A stretch of DNA of 60,310 nt, counting the filler, from Sphacelaria rigidula (lineage: Eukaryota), in the NCBI GenBank assembly GCA_964200075.2. It is 8 parts of 8 records of this genome, joined end to end, with 100 filler letters (N's around TTAATTAATTAA, not from the genome) between each part and the next. Parts side by side here need not be neighbours in the genome. Positions count along the whole stretch, not along the records: positions 1 to 7,452 come from CAXNAA020014855.1; positions 7,553 to 15,004 come from CAXNAA020014856.1; 6 more parts are not named here. The stretch is one strand, 5' to 3'. This document shows, piece after piece, positions 1-12,250 of the stretch. Each line of letters begins with the position of its first letter. Within the stretch, counting starts at the first letter, position 1. A program made the translations under genes and the position numbers. The notes beneath the pieces are model-generated. The model was given only the letters and a program-made list of their open reading frames with translations. It ran no database searches and was not told the DNA's origin.

Positions 1-1926
1 TCCGGGTTCTCATCCTCAATCAAAAGCACCATCCTCAACATAGATGATTGGCTGTTATAAGGGTATGTTCTTGGGTGGGCATGTCTTGTTTCCGATTGTT
101 TCTTGTTCTGTGATTTTTCAACAAGCGGAAGACAGCGGTATACAACAAAGGGACATGCTGGGCTGGCGTGGTTTTATTGATGTCTTTTGTTGATTTGATT
201 TGGCTTTCTCTGGAAAAGGGGAAAGCAATATCACCCCCTTCGCAAATCGCGGGTGCTGCGGCCGAGAAATGGCCCGAGTCCATTTCTGTTCCCTGCGTCC
301 CCACCTCCCACCACCAGAGAGGATTGGGAGCGCACGATCTCCTGCAACAGCCGCATAGACAACACATGACCTTGATACATGAAGTCAATAATCAGGGGGG
401 CACTTTTTGCATCAAGCCTTGTCTGAGGCTTGTCTGAGGTTGCACATCCAGGCTCAGACATTTGTCATGGAGAGGCTCCTACAACGAAGAGCCTCAGAAC
501 AAAAAAGTGTGCCCCTACCGTGGCATTTGCTCAACACAATGCAGTGGTTTACAACGCTTGCCGCTTGTTGGCCCGGACATAAGGTAGCTTCGGCCTTATA
601 GGGGGAGCCTGATGACACAATACGACGCTTCACTCGATATAAGGGTGAATCGGCCTTAAATCGGTTGCAGACCGTTTTCGACGCAAGCCGCCTCATTCGG
701 CATCGACCGCACTGGCCTTTTACGCGCGGTCCCGTACGGTTTTCTACGAGAAACAGGGTAAATTGATGGAACAACAACCCCTTGTTCGAATCTCAAGGCA
801 TCGGCCCGCCAGGGCCTCTTTCTTGGTGGCTGTTGTGGAGACCTGCTCCGTGCCGTGCCCATAATCGCGCCACTCGCAGGCTTAGGCATGACCTGTTGGT
901 GGCTATACGTTTCCTTGCGCCCCAGTGACCGCGGGTCTGGGCGGAACAGTTTGTGGAGCTCGTGTGAGAACACTACTTACAGTAGGAAGTTCAGTTTCAC
1001 CGCATGTTCTTCGATTCATGCGGCCCAACGCATCATTTCCACGTACTACTGCGTATCACTCCACCACAGACAATGCATGGAAGATCCTGCAGTACTGCAC
1101 AAGGTAACGGGTATCCCTCCAATATAGGGGAATCCACAGCGCAGTTGCATGTGGACAACATGGCGCAAACACCGTCGAATAAACGCAGCAACGGACACTA
1201 CTATGATCTCAAGGGTATCTGTGAATGCTACGCGTTTGGAGTGCCCGCCGTCTACGAATTCCTCGTAATAGGAAGCGGTGCAGGATATCGACTGGGTGCC
1301 GCGGCAACAAGCAGCTGTGCCCAAGATTGAGTTAGGTAGTTCGGTGACGATTCTTTCGCTTCACTTTTTTCGAAAAAAGATCAAGGTGCGTGCACAAGAT
1401 TGATCAACACGCGCACACCTATATCAATACGGTAGTACTCCTGACTGTGCTGCTGCAGGCGGAGTTCCTGGAACAGATAGACTGGTCGTACTGTCTTCTG
1501 CATCCACGAACGGGACTCGAAAGGGCACGCTGTGAACATTTCCCGACCTGATTTGCGAAGGTGAAGTCTCGAGCAAAAATGGCTCCGGACCCAGATATGG
1601 TAATACATACCTTGAGTTGATAATTAAAATCGTCGCATTGAACTAAATTATGTAAACCCACTGTCGTTTTCTTCGTCGCGCAGGGCAAAAGCTCTGAGAT
1701 CCCCCAATGCAGCTATGCTTTGGTGCTGAACATATCAGGACATTTCTCCCGATACATGAGGAGTTCAGGACGAAGCATACTTGAATAAATGCGGTAAGCA
1801 TAGAAAAGAGGTGTATCATGTTTGGACACTGGAGAACAGCTCTGTACGGAAGAGCTGAATGTATACCGGCATGTATAACAGGTGGCAAACGCGTCGAGAA
1901 CGCGTCACGAAGTCGTGGTACCACAA

Positions 1927-2268
1927 TGATGAACAGCCGACCACCAAAATTCAGGACGGAGCTTTTTATTGAGGATGATGGCCCGGGAAATTCAAATGTC
2001 CGTATCCATCAACGATTCTTCGCAATGTGGTAGCCATATCACCTACATATCCAAGAATCGTTTTCTCGCGTAGGACCCTCAAACCTTTCGGGTGTCGGGA
2101 TCCAAATATATATGACGTTCAGTAGCTGGCAAAGGCCACCAGGAGATGAGTAAGGAACGTAAGCTTATTCCGGAGAACATGTTGTGGATACGAAAATTTG
2201 CCTTATCCGGGTTATCATCTTCAATGAAAAGCTCCGTGCTCAGTTTTGATTGTCGGCTCTCAACGATC
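1927..2268. mobile_element. Degenerate foldback/MITE-like element with ~90-bp inverted arms; family copies at 1-55, 45138-45210 and ~59480-59660
   Basis: The left arm (acggagctttttattgaggatgatggcccgggaaattcaaatgtccgtatcca) matches the reverse complement of 2172-2268. The same motif (ttttgattgaggatgagaacccgga) is at the start of contig 1 and the end of contig 6. The interior is also homologous to ~59490-59600. Confidence 0.65.
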
Positions 2269-2764
2269 AAGACCGCGAGGGTAGTCCATGTGGATCATGC
2301 ATTCTTCTTTCAAGTGAAAATTCCAATTCCAGTTCAACACATGAGCTACTCTCCCCGTCTAAGGCTTATTTCAAGCGAACTTCACCAGCTGTCGGGCAAG
2401 TTGCGGTAGTACGGGGGATAAATACTTGCCGAGAAACGCATGTACATGTTTTGTTTGGCGACGCAACGCTAATTCTCGCCGGAGTTACTGTATAGTAGTA
2501 GAACGGGACTTTGCGGATTGTACCGCCTCGCACAACCTTGCTGCACTTCTCCGAGAGACTTCCAGGGCCTTTTCCGACTTTTTTCTTGCGCCCGCTTTGG
2601 CGTTTAGTCCGACAAACGGTTTATCAAACAGCCCCCAAAAAGCTTGGAGGCAACTCCCACAAACACACACACATACCGACCATCTCTCAATGAAATGATG
2701 ATGTTTGGGGTCGCTTCTGAAATCGTTTGTGCGGCTCAATGTCAAACTCGGCGAGCAAACGATT

Positions 2765-2838
2765 GGGGGGGGCGTACTCATTTGTTGCTTGCCTTAGTTG
2801 TTTGACCATTGACCACGCATCCCTTTCGAGACGGAGCA
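2765..2838 (-). mobile_element. Short 5'-truncated retroposon-like repeat with a C-rich tail (family A); copies at 30040-30108(+), 30316-30410(-), 37588-37655(-) and 51245-51336(+)
   Basis: Shared core gctccgtctcgaaagggatgcgtggtcaatggtc..gactaaggcaagcaac..atgagtacgcccc. The copy here is flanked by the direct repeat gagcaaacgattggggg (2753-2769 and 2834-2850). Confidence 0.7.
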
Positions 2839-4584
2839 AACGATTGGGGGCAGAAACGCGCTCGAGTCTATCTTCCCAGAGTGAACAGCACCAAGTCTCA
2901 CTGAGGTGGTACTATCCGCGAGCTCCGCATTCCGGCGAAACCCGGCACTAAACAGCCTCTTCGCAGAGTTTTGGTTTGGTGGTAGAACAGGTGCTCAGTT
3001 CCGAGGCGCCACTAAGAACAAGCACCCACAAAGGGGGTCTGCAACTGCGACTGCGAATGAAAGCATTGTTCAAAAACGCGGCGGTCGCTACAGGAACGTC
3101 CGCAGATGATCTGTGGCTAGGGGAGAAAGAGCGCTAACGTTCGACGTCACCCTTATGGATCAAGAAGGTTGAGGCTTGCTCCGTGGTGCGGTACTTCTTT
3201 CTGTTCTCGCGGCACATCGTTGATGATCGACGTTCCAATCGTGCCGTGAAACTTGCATCCAAGAATGATCGCAGAAGCTGATATTGCGTTTGATATGGGA
3301 GGCCCTGTGGCTCCTGAGTTTTCAGGGTGCCGTACCGTACGGGACACCCTGCCAATATTGAACGGGCCGATGAGGCAGCCAGGCCAAGCTTTCCCTAAAT
3401 GAGGGGACCCACGCCGGGCTTCCCGATCAAGATAAGGAAGAACCCCAGCCCTGACCCCTTCGGATCACTTCTTTGCATGCCCCTGGGAGTTGGCGGGTGT
3501 TTGTTTTTTCGCCTTTTCGGCGACGAATGATCCGATTATCTTAGGTCATTCAACCGTATTTTCTCTCTGCCGTTTGAGATTTCTTTAATCACCCTCGTGT
3601 AAAAGGACGTGGGCTTACCCCACTTCGCCTTCAATGAACAGCGGTTGACACATTATTGGAACAACGCTGAGCCAGACCCTCACCCCTACCCAAGACATAC
3701 GGTGAACCCTTCAGCAAGAAGGCTGCGAAAGGTTCTCTACGCAACGTGTGAGTTGGCAGACCTTATATCGATCGGCGCCCGCGGCGCCGATCCGGAGGAG
3801 AACGCGTTCTTCGCACGCTACAAGCACTTGGCGCTCTCGGTCTTACTGAAGACCCAAACATTGGTGTTGGCACTCAAAGCCGGCAACATCGATCGTAGAT
3901 AATGTCCCGCAGAAAATCCCCCTTGACTCTTTTGACAGCCCAGGTATATCTACCTGTATCATCGGCATCATATTCGCCAAACAGATGTGTGCCAGACTCG
4001 AGTGTTCGTCCGCGGACGTGGAGGTCGCATACCATCCTCGGCGAAAACACTACTTTATTACTAGCTGAAAACGAAAACCTTCCCAGCGAATCGGTGAGTA
4101 CTGCACCTAACATTTATTCTTTTTCGTGACGAGGTTCTGCTAGGGCGATCATCTCATTTCAGCTCTCGGGACGATCGCTGCCCCTCCGAGGGTTAAACAA
4201 ACGCGTGGTATTCCTCGGAACGCTTACCGCGGTATGTGGAACTCAACCCTTCTGGACCCCATCCTCCTGAACGACCGAAAGCGTATTCTGCTAGCTGGTT
4301 CTTGGTGCAGAGAGTGATGCAAGTAGCAATCGACATCAACCATGCACGATCAGAAGTCCCAAAAGAGTGGTTGGATTTGACGCGTTCCTCACCGGACGTA
4401 GCCAGTACTGCGTTAGTGGAAAGCAGTGATCAGTGCAGCGCCGCACACGATCGTACGGCACCGCACGGTAGAGTAAGTATGCCCATCTGCACCTAACCCA
4501 GTCACCGACCTACGTGTCTCCCAGCTCGAAGTCAGGGCAGCAACGACGTGTCTTGGGGGATGAGGACCGAAGTAGCGTGCACAA

Positions 4585-4720
4585 ACGTACAGACAGTACA
4601 GAACAGTACAGTACAATGACAGTACAGTACAGTACAGTGCACAGCAAAGCACAGCACAGTACTGTACGATACGATGCGGCACATCACGGTACACTACACC
4701 AGACTACACTACAGTACACA
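4585..4720. repeat. Degenerate (CAGTA)n pentanucleotide microsatellite
   Basis: Runs of acagtacagtacagtacagt with variants. Confidence 0.85.
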
Positions 4721-7452
4721 TGCCGAGTGGTGTGCCAGCCGAAGTCACATGCACACCAGTTCGTGTGCAGCAGTTACGAGCAGCTTGCGACCCCGATTTC
4801 GCGGCTGCCAGCCGTGGCTGGAGGGCGGGTGGGCAGGAGTGGCAGTCCCTGCAGCCGCTGCGCCTTGTGCAGTCGTCGTGTACGCTCGGTTCACCTGATC
4901 CCTCAGCTGCGTGTTGCTGTGGGTAAATAGAATGAGTTGTTTGTACTCAGAAGTGGGCCGTTTGGCGGGGAGGTTAACAGTGTCCTTCTTACTCCAGACC
5001 CAAACGCTAAACAAGCACACCGAAATTTGAAGTGTGTTCTGACCAAAGCTGGAACCTGAAAGGACCCAGGCTGTCTGAACACCACGCCCATACCTTGTTT
5101 GCCTCCGTCGGCAGAGCTACTTGGCCATTGGATCGCGGCATGTTTCCCCCGAGACACGCTTCGCCTGCATGAACGACACACAAATCCTCCACGATTAGGT
5201 CGCTTGCCGCTTGATCGCACCGCCCTCTGCGTGTGTGATTCACGTAGCACCACTCAAAAAACAAACAAACGACTACGTCAACAACATATGCATGAAGTAC
5301 GAACTCGGGGAGGGGCCCAAAAGGGATAACAACAGTTCCGCACGACTTTGCGAGTTGCAGCACCGTCCTGTTTCAAGGTAGCTCAAAATGGTCTTTCTAT
5401 CACCGTGGAATGCCATACCACGGTCCTCTGATACCGTGCGGCAATTGCCGTGGACAACTCGTACCGTTCGTCACGTGCCATGAGCTAAATATGTCGTACT
5501 GCAGGTGCAAATGTCACGAATGGGCACGAATATGTGCTGGGATGTGGCTCTGCGATAAACATGGCGTCATGTCGACGGGCACGATGAGGGTCCGAGCGCC
5601 CTGCAATCAGTAGTGTCAAGCGTTCTGTTTTGCTGCATGTTGTTGCATTCATTGTTGAACAGTGTCTATTCTTTCGTTCTTCATGTGACCACTTCTAGTT
5701 GTTAACTTCGTGGACTGGGCAACCTTGATGTTTTGCAAGTTGTGGTTGCCAGCAGCTGCCCTCTGGGCTCCTCATGGGGTATCTCACCGGAATGCGCACA
5801 GGACAGGATGGGACAGAAATGGGGACGCGTTCCCTTCCCACCCCGTCCTGCCGCCGTTTTGGTAGCAAGAGAACGGTCCCGTCGCATTCTGACGCGACGA
5901 TGAACGTTCCCGTGCTGTCTCGTCATTGCTTGGGCGACCGGAAAACGTTCCTACCCCGCCCGTTGGTGTTTCGACGACGGAAGCACACTCTCGTGCCGTC
6001 CCGTCCTCATGGGAAACTCCTTGACATTTTTCACGGGAATTTCCCGTCAGATCGAATGGACCTTCCTTGCAAAGGAAGGGGATTTCCTGCCCAACCTGAC
6101 GGGAGCGTACGTACAATATATCGTGACATATGTGGGTCGTGGAAGCATTTCTTCTTGTTCACATAGTTCGATCCCTTCCACAGCCTAGTCTTGACGTACG
6201 TGTCGCACGAAAAGATGGGCAGTCACCGATATCGTAGACAGGGGCTTGTGGCACTCATTCCGCTGTAATCCAAAAACGAAATTACAAAATAGATGATGAA
6301 CGTTACAACGGTTAGTCTGCTGCACAAGACAGCGGAGAGCGCAAGTGAGCACAAGTGACCGCACCGGCTGTCGCAGCGAAACGAGGAAACAACGAAAACA
6401 CGTGAGGGAATGCAACGTAACCGAAATAAGGAATACGAAACTGAGGCCGAACACAAAAATATGCGGATATGAGAAAGTATAGAGAATGGTAGCATATTCG
6501 TGTAAAAGTAGACTGTGACGTTGAGTTAGATCCTCGACCGTTTTCCAATCTCTATAGTACAGCACTGGGTCTGAATGACAGAGTATGCAGCCGATACACC
6601 CCGAACAGCGGTTGAAGCCCCCAGTGTTGAGAATAAGGTACCTATGTAGTTCGTCGATGCCGACGACATCCGGCAGAGGTACAGCAATGTATTCAAAATC
6701 GGCCAATTGACGAATTCGGCACCTTTCTTTATACGTGAACACCATGGACATTGTACGGAGCCCTCTAACTTGGCACGACACAGTCGGATTGCACAACAGA
6801 CACGGCACATTGGTCCCAGGAGTAGAGTCTTCAACCGCGTTCAAGGTGCGTTGGCTGAATAGTCCTCCCTTGGGATCCAAACTACAGGAACCCCATGCCT
6901 CGGAATGTGAAGGAGTGGTTTCGAGCTGATGTATACGATACTTATGATGTAAAATACACAACATGCACAAGTGCCACATTTCAAGGACTCCATCAGGCGA
7001 CAGCAGTGATGAACACGATTTCCAAAGCACCAAAGTGACTTTTCTTGCGACGCTGAGAACTAGAATCACCGTAGACTCTTTTCACATCACCACATCAAAT
7101 GCCGAATATCAGGCCCTGCGATATCAATTGAGTCCGCGTGTGAGTCTTCAGTGAGTCGAATACGTATCTTCTGCGTCCACAACTCGTGACGCAGTTGAAA
7201 CCGAAGGCCGCCACCCTACCCACAGGTAGCTGTTGATGAGACCACACCAGCAAGGACACCCTCGGCCACAGAGGCTGAGTGGCCATCGGGTTGTCGATGA
7301 GTGCTATACAGGTCATTTACTTGGGTGTGGCTCGTTATCTCAAAGCGGCAAGACATCATGTCCCTACATCCGGCCTTCGTTATGAACGTAGGACAAAACG
7401 AAGACGCACAAGATGAAGGGCGGTTTTGAACACGATTTCGAGCGCCCTCTGG

Positions 7453-7552
7453 NNNNNNNNNNNNNNNNNNNNNNNNNNNNNNNNNNNNNNNNNNNNTTAA
7501 TTAATTAANNNNNNNNNNNNNNNNNNNNNNNNNNNNNNNNNNNNNNNNNNNN
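7453..7552. other. Artificial 100-bp contig linker (N44-TTAATTAATTAA-N44); identical linkers at 15005-15104, 22557-22656, 30109-30208, 37660-37759, 45211-45310 and 52761-52860
   Basis: Seven identical linkers with stops in all frames separate segments of non-increasing length (7452 to 7450 bp). Confidence 0.97.
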
Positions 7553-8500
7553 TGCCTACGAACACGGGCATACAGGACGAAATCGCCAGCTGCAAACCTG
7601 GGCAACACAGCCTGGCCCTGAGCAAGCTTGCGTTTGGTTTCGCGAGACACCGCAGCGGCAGCTTGCACTTCGTTGCAAAACGCACTTGCTCGTCAACCAC
7701 GCCTCGAACCTTGTCACGCAACGGATCATCCATGACATCGACGTTTCACTCGCCGCCAGTGACAGAAACTAGCGCGGAAATAGCTGTACGCGGCGCACGC
7801 CCAAACATCACATAACGAGGAGTGTTACGGTAGCGTTCACGAAAAGAAGTATTCAACGCCCACTGAGCGGCTGGCAAAACATCAACCCATTGAGTCACCG
7901 GCCGTCTCTGTTCCGACAAAATGGACCGCAACGCACGAATAACCTCTTTCACCATGCGTTCACAAGCACCATTCGACCAAGGGGTACACGCAACAGCAAA
8001 TTGGTGTTGCGCCTTGAGCGCGTCGGTCAGCTGCGCGATCACTCGATTCTTGAAGTGCGTGGCGNNNNNNNNNNCGGTATCACTAACCCACACACGCGGC
8101 ACCCCCAAAGTCTTGCATCAATGGAGCAATTGCTTAGCCGTAACCTCGGCGTTGCAAGCCTCGGTCGGCTCCAACCAAACGAATTTGGACAAATTATCCA
8201 TGATGACCAAAATGTACCGAAACCCACTCCATCAGGCAAATCATTAGCACTTTCAGGTCCGCTACTTCCGACGTACAGAAAATCAAAGTGATCAACTTCA
8301 CCTGGCGCAGTACCATGCACAGTATCGCCATACAGACGAGGTACAATCGCACCAGCACGAGTGTCTACACAATGCAAGCACTGTCAAACGAACTCGCGAA
8401 CGTGGGAATCCATGTGAGGCCACCCACAGTATTGTTTCAAACGAAACAGAGTCGGCGCCACATCACGGTGACCAGCCAACCGCATGTGAGCGCACACTCA
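7553..8500 (-). pseudogene. Retrotransposon integrase remnant (HHCC zinc finger plus DDE core)
   Basis: AHMRLAGHR...QCLHC, HFDFLYVG, GVPRVWVSDT..THFKN and PWSNGACERMVKEV are spread over frameshifted ORFs. Confidence 0.9.
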
Positions 8501-8699
8501 CGGAGTTTGTAGAGCCTTATCATCCGACGGAACCCACAAAACATTACTACTGCCAACACGCACGCGGAGCAAACTATCTTCAGCAAAGAGAGCTTGATCG
8601 AAAATCGTCGGAAAAGAGAGAACACCGTCGCCGACTGTTTTGCGCTGCGCGGTACGAATGGCATCTAACGATGGCAGCAAATCATCGGCATCACACGGG

Positions 8700-9130
8700 C
8701 TGTACACGGCTACAGAACGAACAGGCACGGTAAGAACCTTCACCCAGCGAGACAACAAATCTTCCCAACAATTGTGCTCTCCAGGAATGTGTTCACTGAC
8801 ATACCGATATTGTTGTTGAGCTCCCAGTTACTCCCGCATGTCTTCTTCGCTTGGCATCACCCCCAGAGATTGTTCCATTTGCGCGTTCACCGCCTGGTGG
8901 TCGCTGACCAAACGGAATGTGTCCCTCTTCGGCACTGCCATCGCCTGACTCGCCCACCCAGTCTGGATGTCCCTAAGCAGTAAATCACACGCCACCAAAG
9001 CTGCGATGCAAATGGGGCAAGCCACGTGGTCTTCACCGGATCGTAACGTCTAGGCTTGGCCTTCATCGCACTTGCCTAGGGCTTGAGCTGCACCCTCATG
9101 AGCTCTACGCGCGCTGGCGGATCACGACGC
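8700..9130 (-). pseudogene. RT N-terminal fragment joined directly to the RNase H C-terminus
   Basis: WASQAMAVPKRDTFRLVSDHQAVNAQME is followed within about 20 codons by YRYVSEHIPGEHNCWEDLLSRW. No YxDD motif lies in between. Confidence 0.8.
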
Positions 9131-9399
9131 AGCGCACGACGAAATGTATTCACGCGACGAGCCAAAATATCACGCAGACGATATGTGCCATCGGCGCTCA
9201 GGCCCTTCTGCTGGGCCTGCTGCGCGCTATCCTCAAGCGCACGTTCTGTTGCACCTCTCTTCTCCACCATGAACATGTCGGACTCCCGATCGACCAAGCG
9301 CTCCATCGCTTCATCCGCAGGAGCCTCCTCCTCATTGGCGCTCTGAAATGGCCGTATGGATACGATCACACGCCTTGCAGCAAGATAGCTGGGGTTTTC

Positions 9400-9830
9400 C
9401 ACGCCGGTTTGCACCGGCACAGCACGCGGGCGTAATCTCTCCAACGCCAGCGGGTACAAATCAATCCCGAGCTCCTTCATCGTCGCCATCCCAAATAGAA
9501 TCACATTGTTCCTGCCGGGCATGACAGCGAAAGTAATGCGCTGCGACTCTACAGCCCCCCACAGCGTACGCACGCTAACTGTAATCGGCACCATTTTATG
9601 TGTCACCGTCATGGGAGCACCCGTGGCGGTCTGTGCCGTTTGCGGTCCATTCTCGAACGGAATCTGAAGCTGAGCGCTGCCAAATTGCGAAGACATTTAT
9701 TCTAACAACCTCACTCGATCGACGTGATAGCGGACCCATAATCCAGAATAACACGGGCCATGAACGAACCTACGGAATCAGGCAAGAAAAGCTCTGCGCG
9801 TAAGCATTCAGCCTTGCGATTGACAGGTAC
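9400..9830 (-). pseudogene. Retropepsin-like aspartic protease remnant
   Basis: VILDYGSAITSI is a degenerate LD(S/T)G motif, with downstream VILFGMATMKELGI. Confidence 0.75.
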
Positions 9831-10087
9831 CACGCCTGCCGAAGAACCCTGGTCGGCAGCAGGAGTCACCTGACGCCAGAGCTGCGCTCCAGCACTTAAC
9901 ATCGGTAGTTGACAATCAGCAGTCTAACCAGACTACGTCGCCGGAAATGCAGACGGCGCTGTTACAGCAGTCGCAGCAGTAGGAGATGCACCAGACACGG
10001 ATCCTGCCTGGTCGAGAGGTTGCGAACTATTCGCTCCAGCACTCCCCACCGAAGTGTTTGCATTTCCCACGTACACTGTCCGCCCCG

Positions 10088-11100
10088 CTAGGGACGAACC
10101 ATAAGATCCAAAGTCACCACCTGATGGCGCAGTGGAAGGAACAGCAGTGGAGAGACCACCATCCGCCGCCGATAGCTTGCTACTGCGGCCGCCGCCCCCG
10201 CGTCCTGGTTGGCACGGCCCCGTCCACCGTGACGACCGCCGCGAGATACTGATGAATCTCGCGCATTGCCCTGAGCAGCGCCTTGAGCGGGAGGTTTGGG
10301 GCAGTCCTTAATCAGGTGTCCGTTGTCAACGCAGTTGTAACACGCACGAGTGGACGATGCTCGAGAAGACGGCTGCTGTTTCTGCTGCTGTTGTGGTTTG
10401 CGGCGCGCACCAGCTGCATTTGCCGCAGTGTCGCGCCGACCATGCACCTCGATGAACTTCCAGTGGTCGGGGGCATCAACTATTTTGTTGAACACCACCG
10501 TCGGATCCTTTTCCCAACCATCTACATACGTTAGTACGCTTCTAACATACGCCTTGAATTCCGGAGGCGAAATTTCGCCCACCAAAGCTGTGGAAGCCGA
10601 CTCGGCGGGCCTGGCCACCAGCTGCTGTCCTCCGCACGTCATATGACTTGCACCGTCAGGTTTTCTGCGAAAAAAATCTTTCCATCGATGAATTCACCAT
10701 CATCGCACGATCCTTGACGGAGGTTCCACCGCTTTCTGGCATAGTAAGAAGTCTGCGTAGGTCTGCTGTAGCCTGCGCAGTGTCATGCTTGCCGCCGGTT
10801 GTGGTGTACTCGGCATGCTGCGTCACAGCATATAGCAATTCGTCGGGGGTCATAGCCCGACGGTCCTTGTACATGCCTTCAAAGCGCGGGTGAATATATG
10901 TTGGGATAAGCTGTCCGATGCTCACCCTGGCATGCCTCATGACTCCTTGTGCAATGGCCAAATCCAACCTCTCTAAATAGTCGAGATATTTGGCCCAAAA
11001 ACCTTTCGAGGCTTCCTCGGTCCACGCTTCGCCATACTTTGGCGGTTATAGTGGCTCATCTAACACCACCGGCGCTGCCGCCGCTTGAGCCGTGTCGTCT
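10088..11100 (-). pseudogene. Gag remnant with CCHC zinc knuckle
   Basis: CYNCVDNGHLIKDC fits C-x2-C-x4-H-x4-C; the upstream ORF 10656-10967 is continued by a frameshift. Confidence 0.85.
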
Positions 11101-11390
11101 AGGGTTCACCACTTCACGAAGAGATTCTTGCCTGACTCGTGCGTCCTCCAGCCCACGGATCGTCCTCCACTGCTGTGCGCTTCAAGTTGGCCTCAAATCA
11201 GTCTCCTCCCGACTGGAGGTCAAGCTGGCTTCCAGCTGCGGCCCCACTCCTCAGCCAAACTCCTCCAACAGAGTGCCGAGAACAATATCTGGATATTATA
11301 GCCTCTGCCAGACGATCTGGACAAGGACTGTCAACGAGTGACTCCTCCAGAAGCACGGGCATCGTGCTCGACAAGTCATTTCTTCTAACT

Positions 11391-11731
11391 TGTTAGTACC
11401 ACGAAGTGATCCTCAACACCACATCACGAGCAAGACAGCAAGGGGTCACACAGATAAGGGCAATCAATCCAGGATCCCCTGTCCGCTGTCACTGCTCCAA
11501 TCATGCATGCGATTATACGGCAACCTACGGCTCGGTGTCATTTGGCTACATGCCGGAGGAGGAATCGGTTGTGATCCCGATACAGTGCTGCCGGGGAGAG
11601 ATGGGCTTATCCCTAGAGAACACGGACTCGCCTCGAGGAAGGGAAGGGGTTCAAAGTGCGACAAACAAAATAAATAAATAAAGTAGAGTGCTACGGACGG
11701 GTCCCGAGGAAGGAGGGCTGGGGTCACGACA
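11391..11731 (-). repeat. Putative 5' LTR (~340 bp, TG...CA termini)
   Basis: The minus strand starts TGTCGTGACCCC and ends GGTACTAACA just upstream of gag. The partner LTR is not in the contig, so the boundaries are unverified. Confidence 0.45.
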
Positions 11732-11774
11732 CCGGTACGATAAATACATTCATGTCTATGCCTGTGTGCACAGG

Positions 11775-12174
11775 GCGGTCACCCCAGCGGCTCAGTTGGT
11801 GACCTCGCACCTTCTGACGGTTGGGTCGTGGGTTCGAAGCTCGGGGAAGTCACACAGTCCGAGATTTTCTTCTCACACCATGCCCAACAGTGGAGAGCGA
11901 CTATGTCGTGGGTACACAACATTTAACTTCACCGTCGACGACGGAAGAGGACCGCTGAACCCCTCTCGCGATATAAAAAAAGAAGCGAGCACCGCAGAAG
12001 GAAGGTGAAGTGCTGAAACAAAATAAAGAAAAAAACTTCCCTTGTGTTGGCCTTCCTCCTGTGTGACCTCGACTGATGCGCCCACACACCCACATATACA
12101 TACATATACATACGTATACATAAATATACCGATAGGTGTAGACTGTTGTCCAGAATCATAAATGGGATAACAAC

Positions 12175-12241
<67 letters not shown>

Positions 12242-12250
12242 ACACACACA
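11775..12250 (+). mobile_element. tRNA-derived SINE family 1, full-length copy with (CA)n tail
   Basis: A-box-like cggctcagttgg, B-box-like ggttcgaagct, a ~350-bp body shared with three other copies, and a terminal (CA)n run. Confidence 0.85.

Larger units (their letters stand above)
7553..11731 (-). mobile_element. Decayed Ty3/Gypsy LTR retrotransposon (putative 5' LTR, gag, PR, RT fragment, RNase H tail, IN); 3' end cut by the contig boundary
   Basis: Minus-strand domain order is gag zinc knuckle, protease, RT N-terminus, RNase H C-terminus, integrase, which is Gypsy order. There are multiple stops and frameshifts. Confidence 0.92.

Noticed and set aside
6185-7069. 294-aa minus-strand ORF
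   Set aside because: No recognisable motif; it is partly low-complexity and may be a chance or antisense ORF.
11780-11850. tRNA genes at SINE heads (also 24275, 25527 and 34624)
   Set aside because: The cloverleaf stems are broken and each head continues into a shared repeat body.
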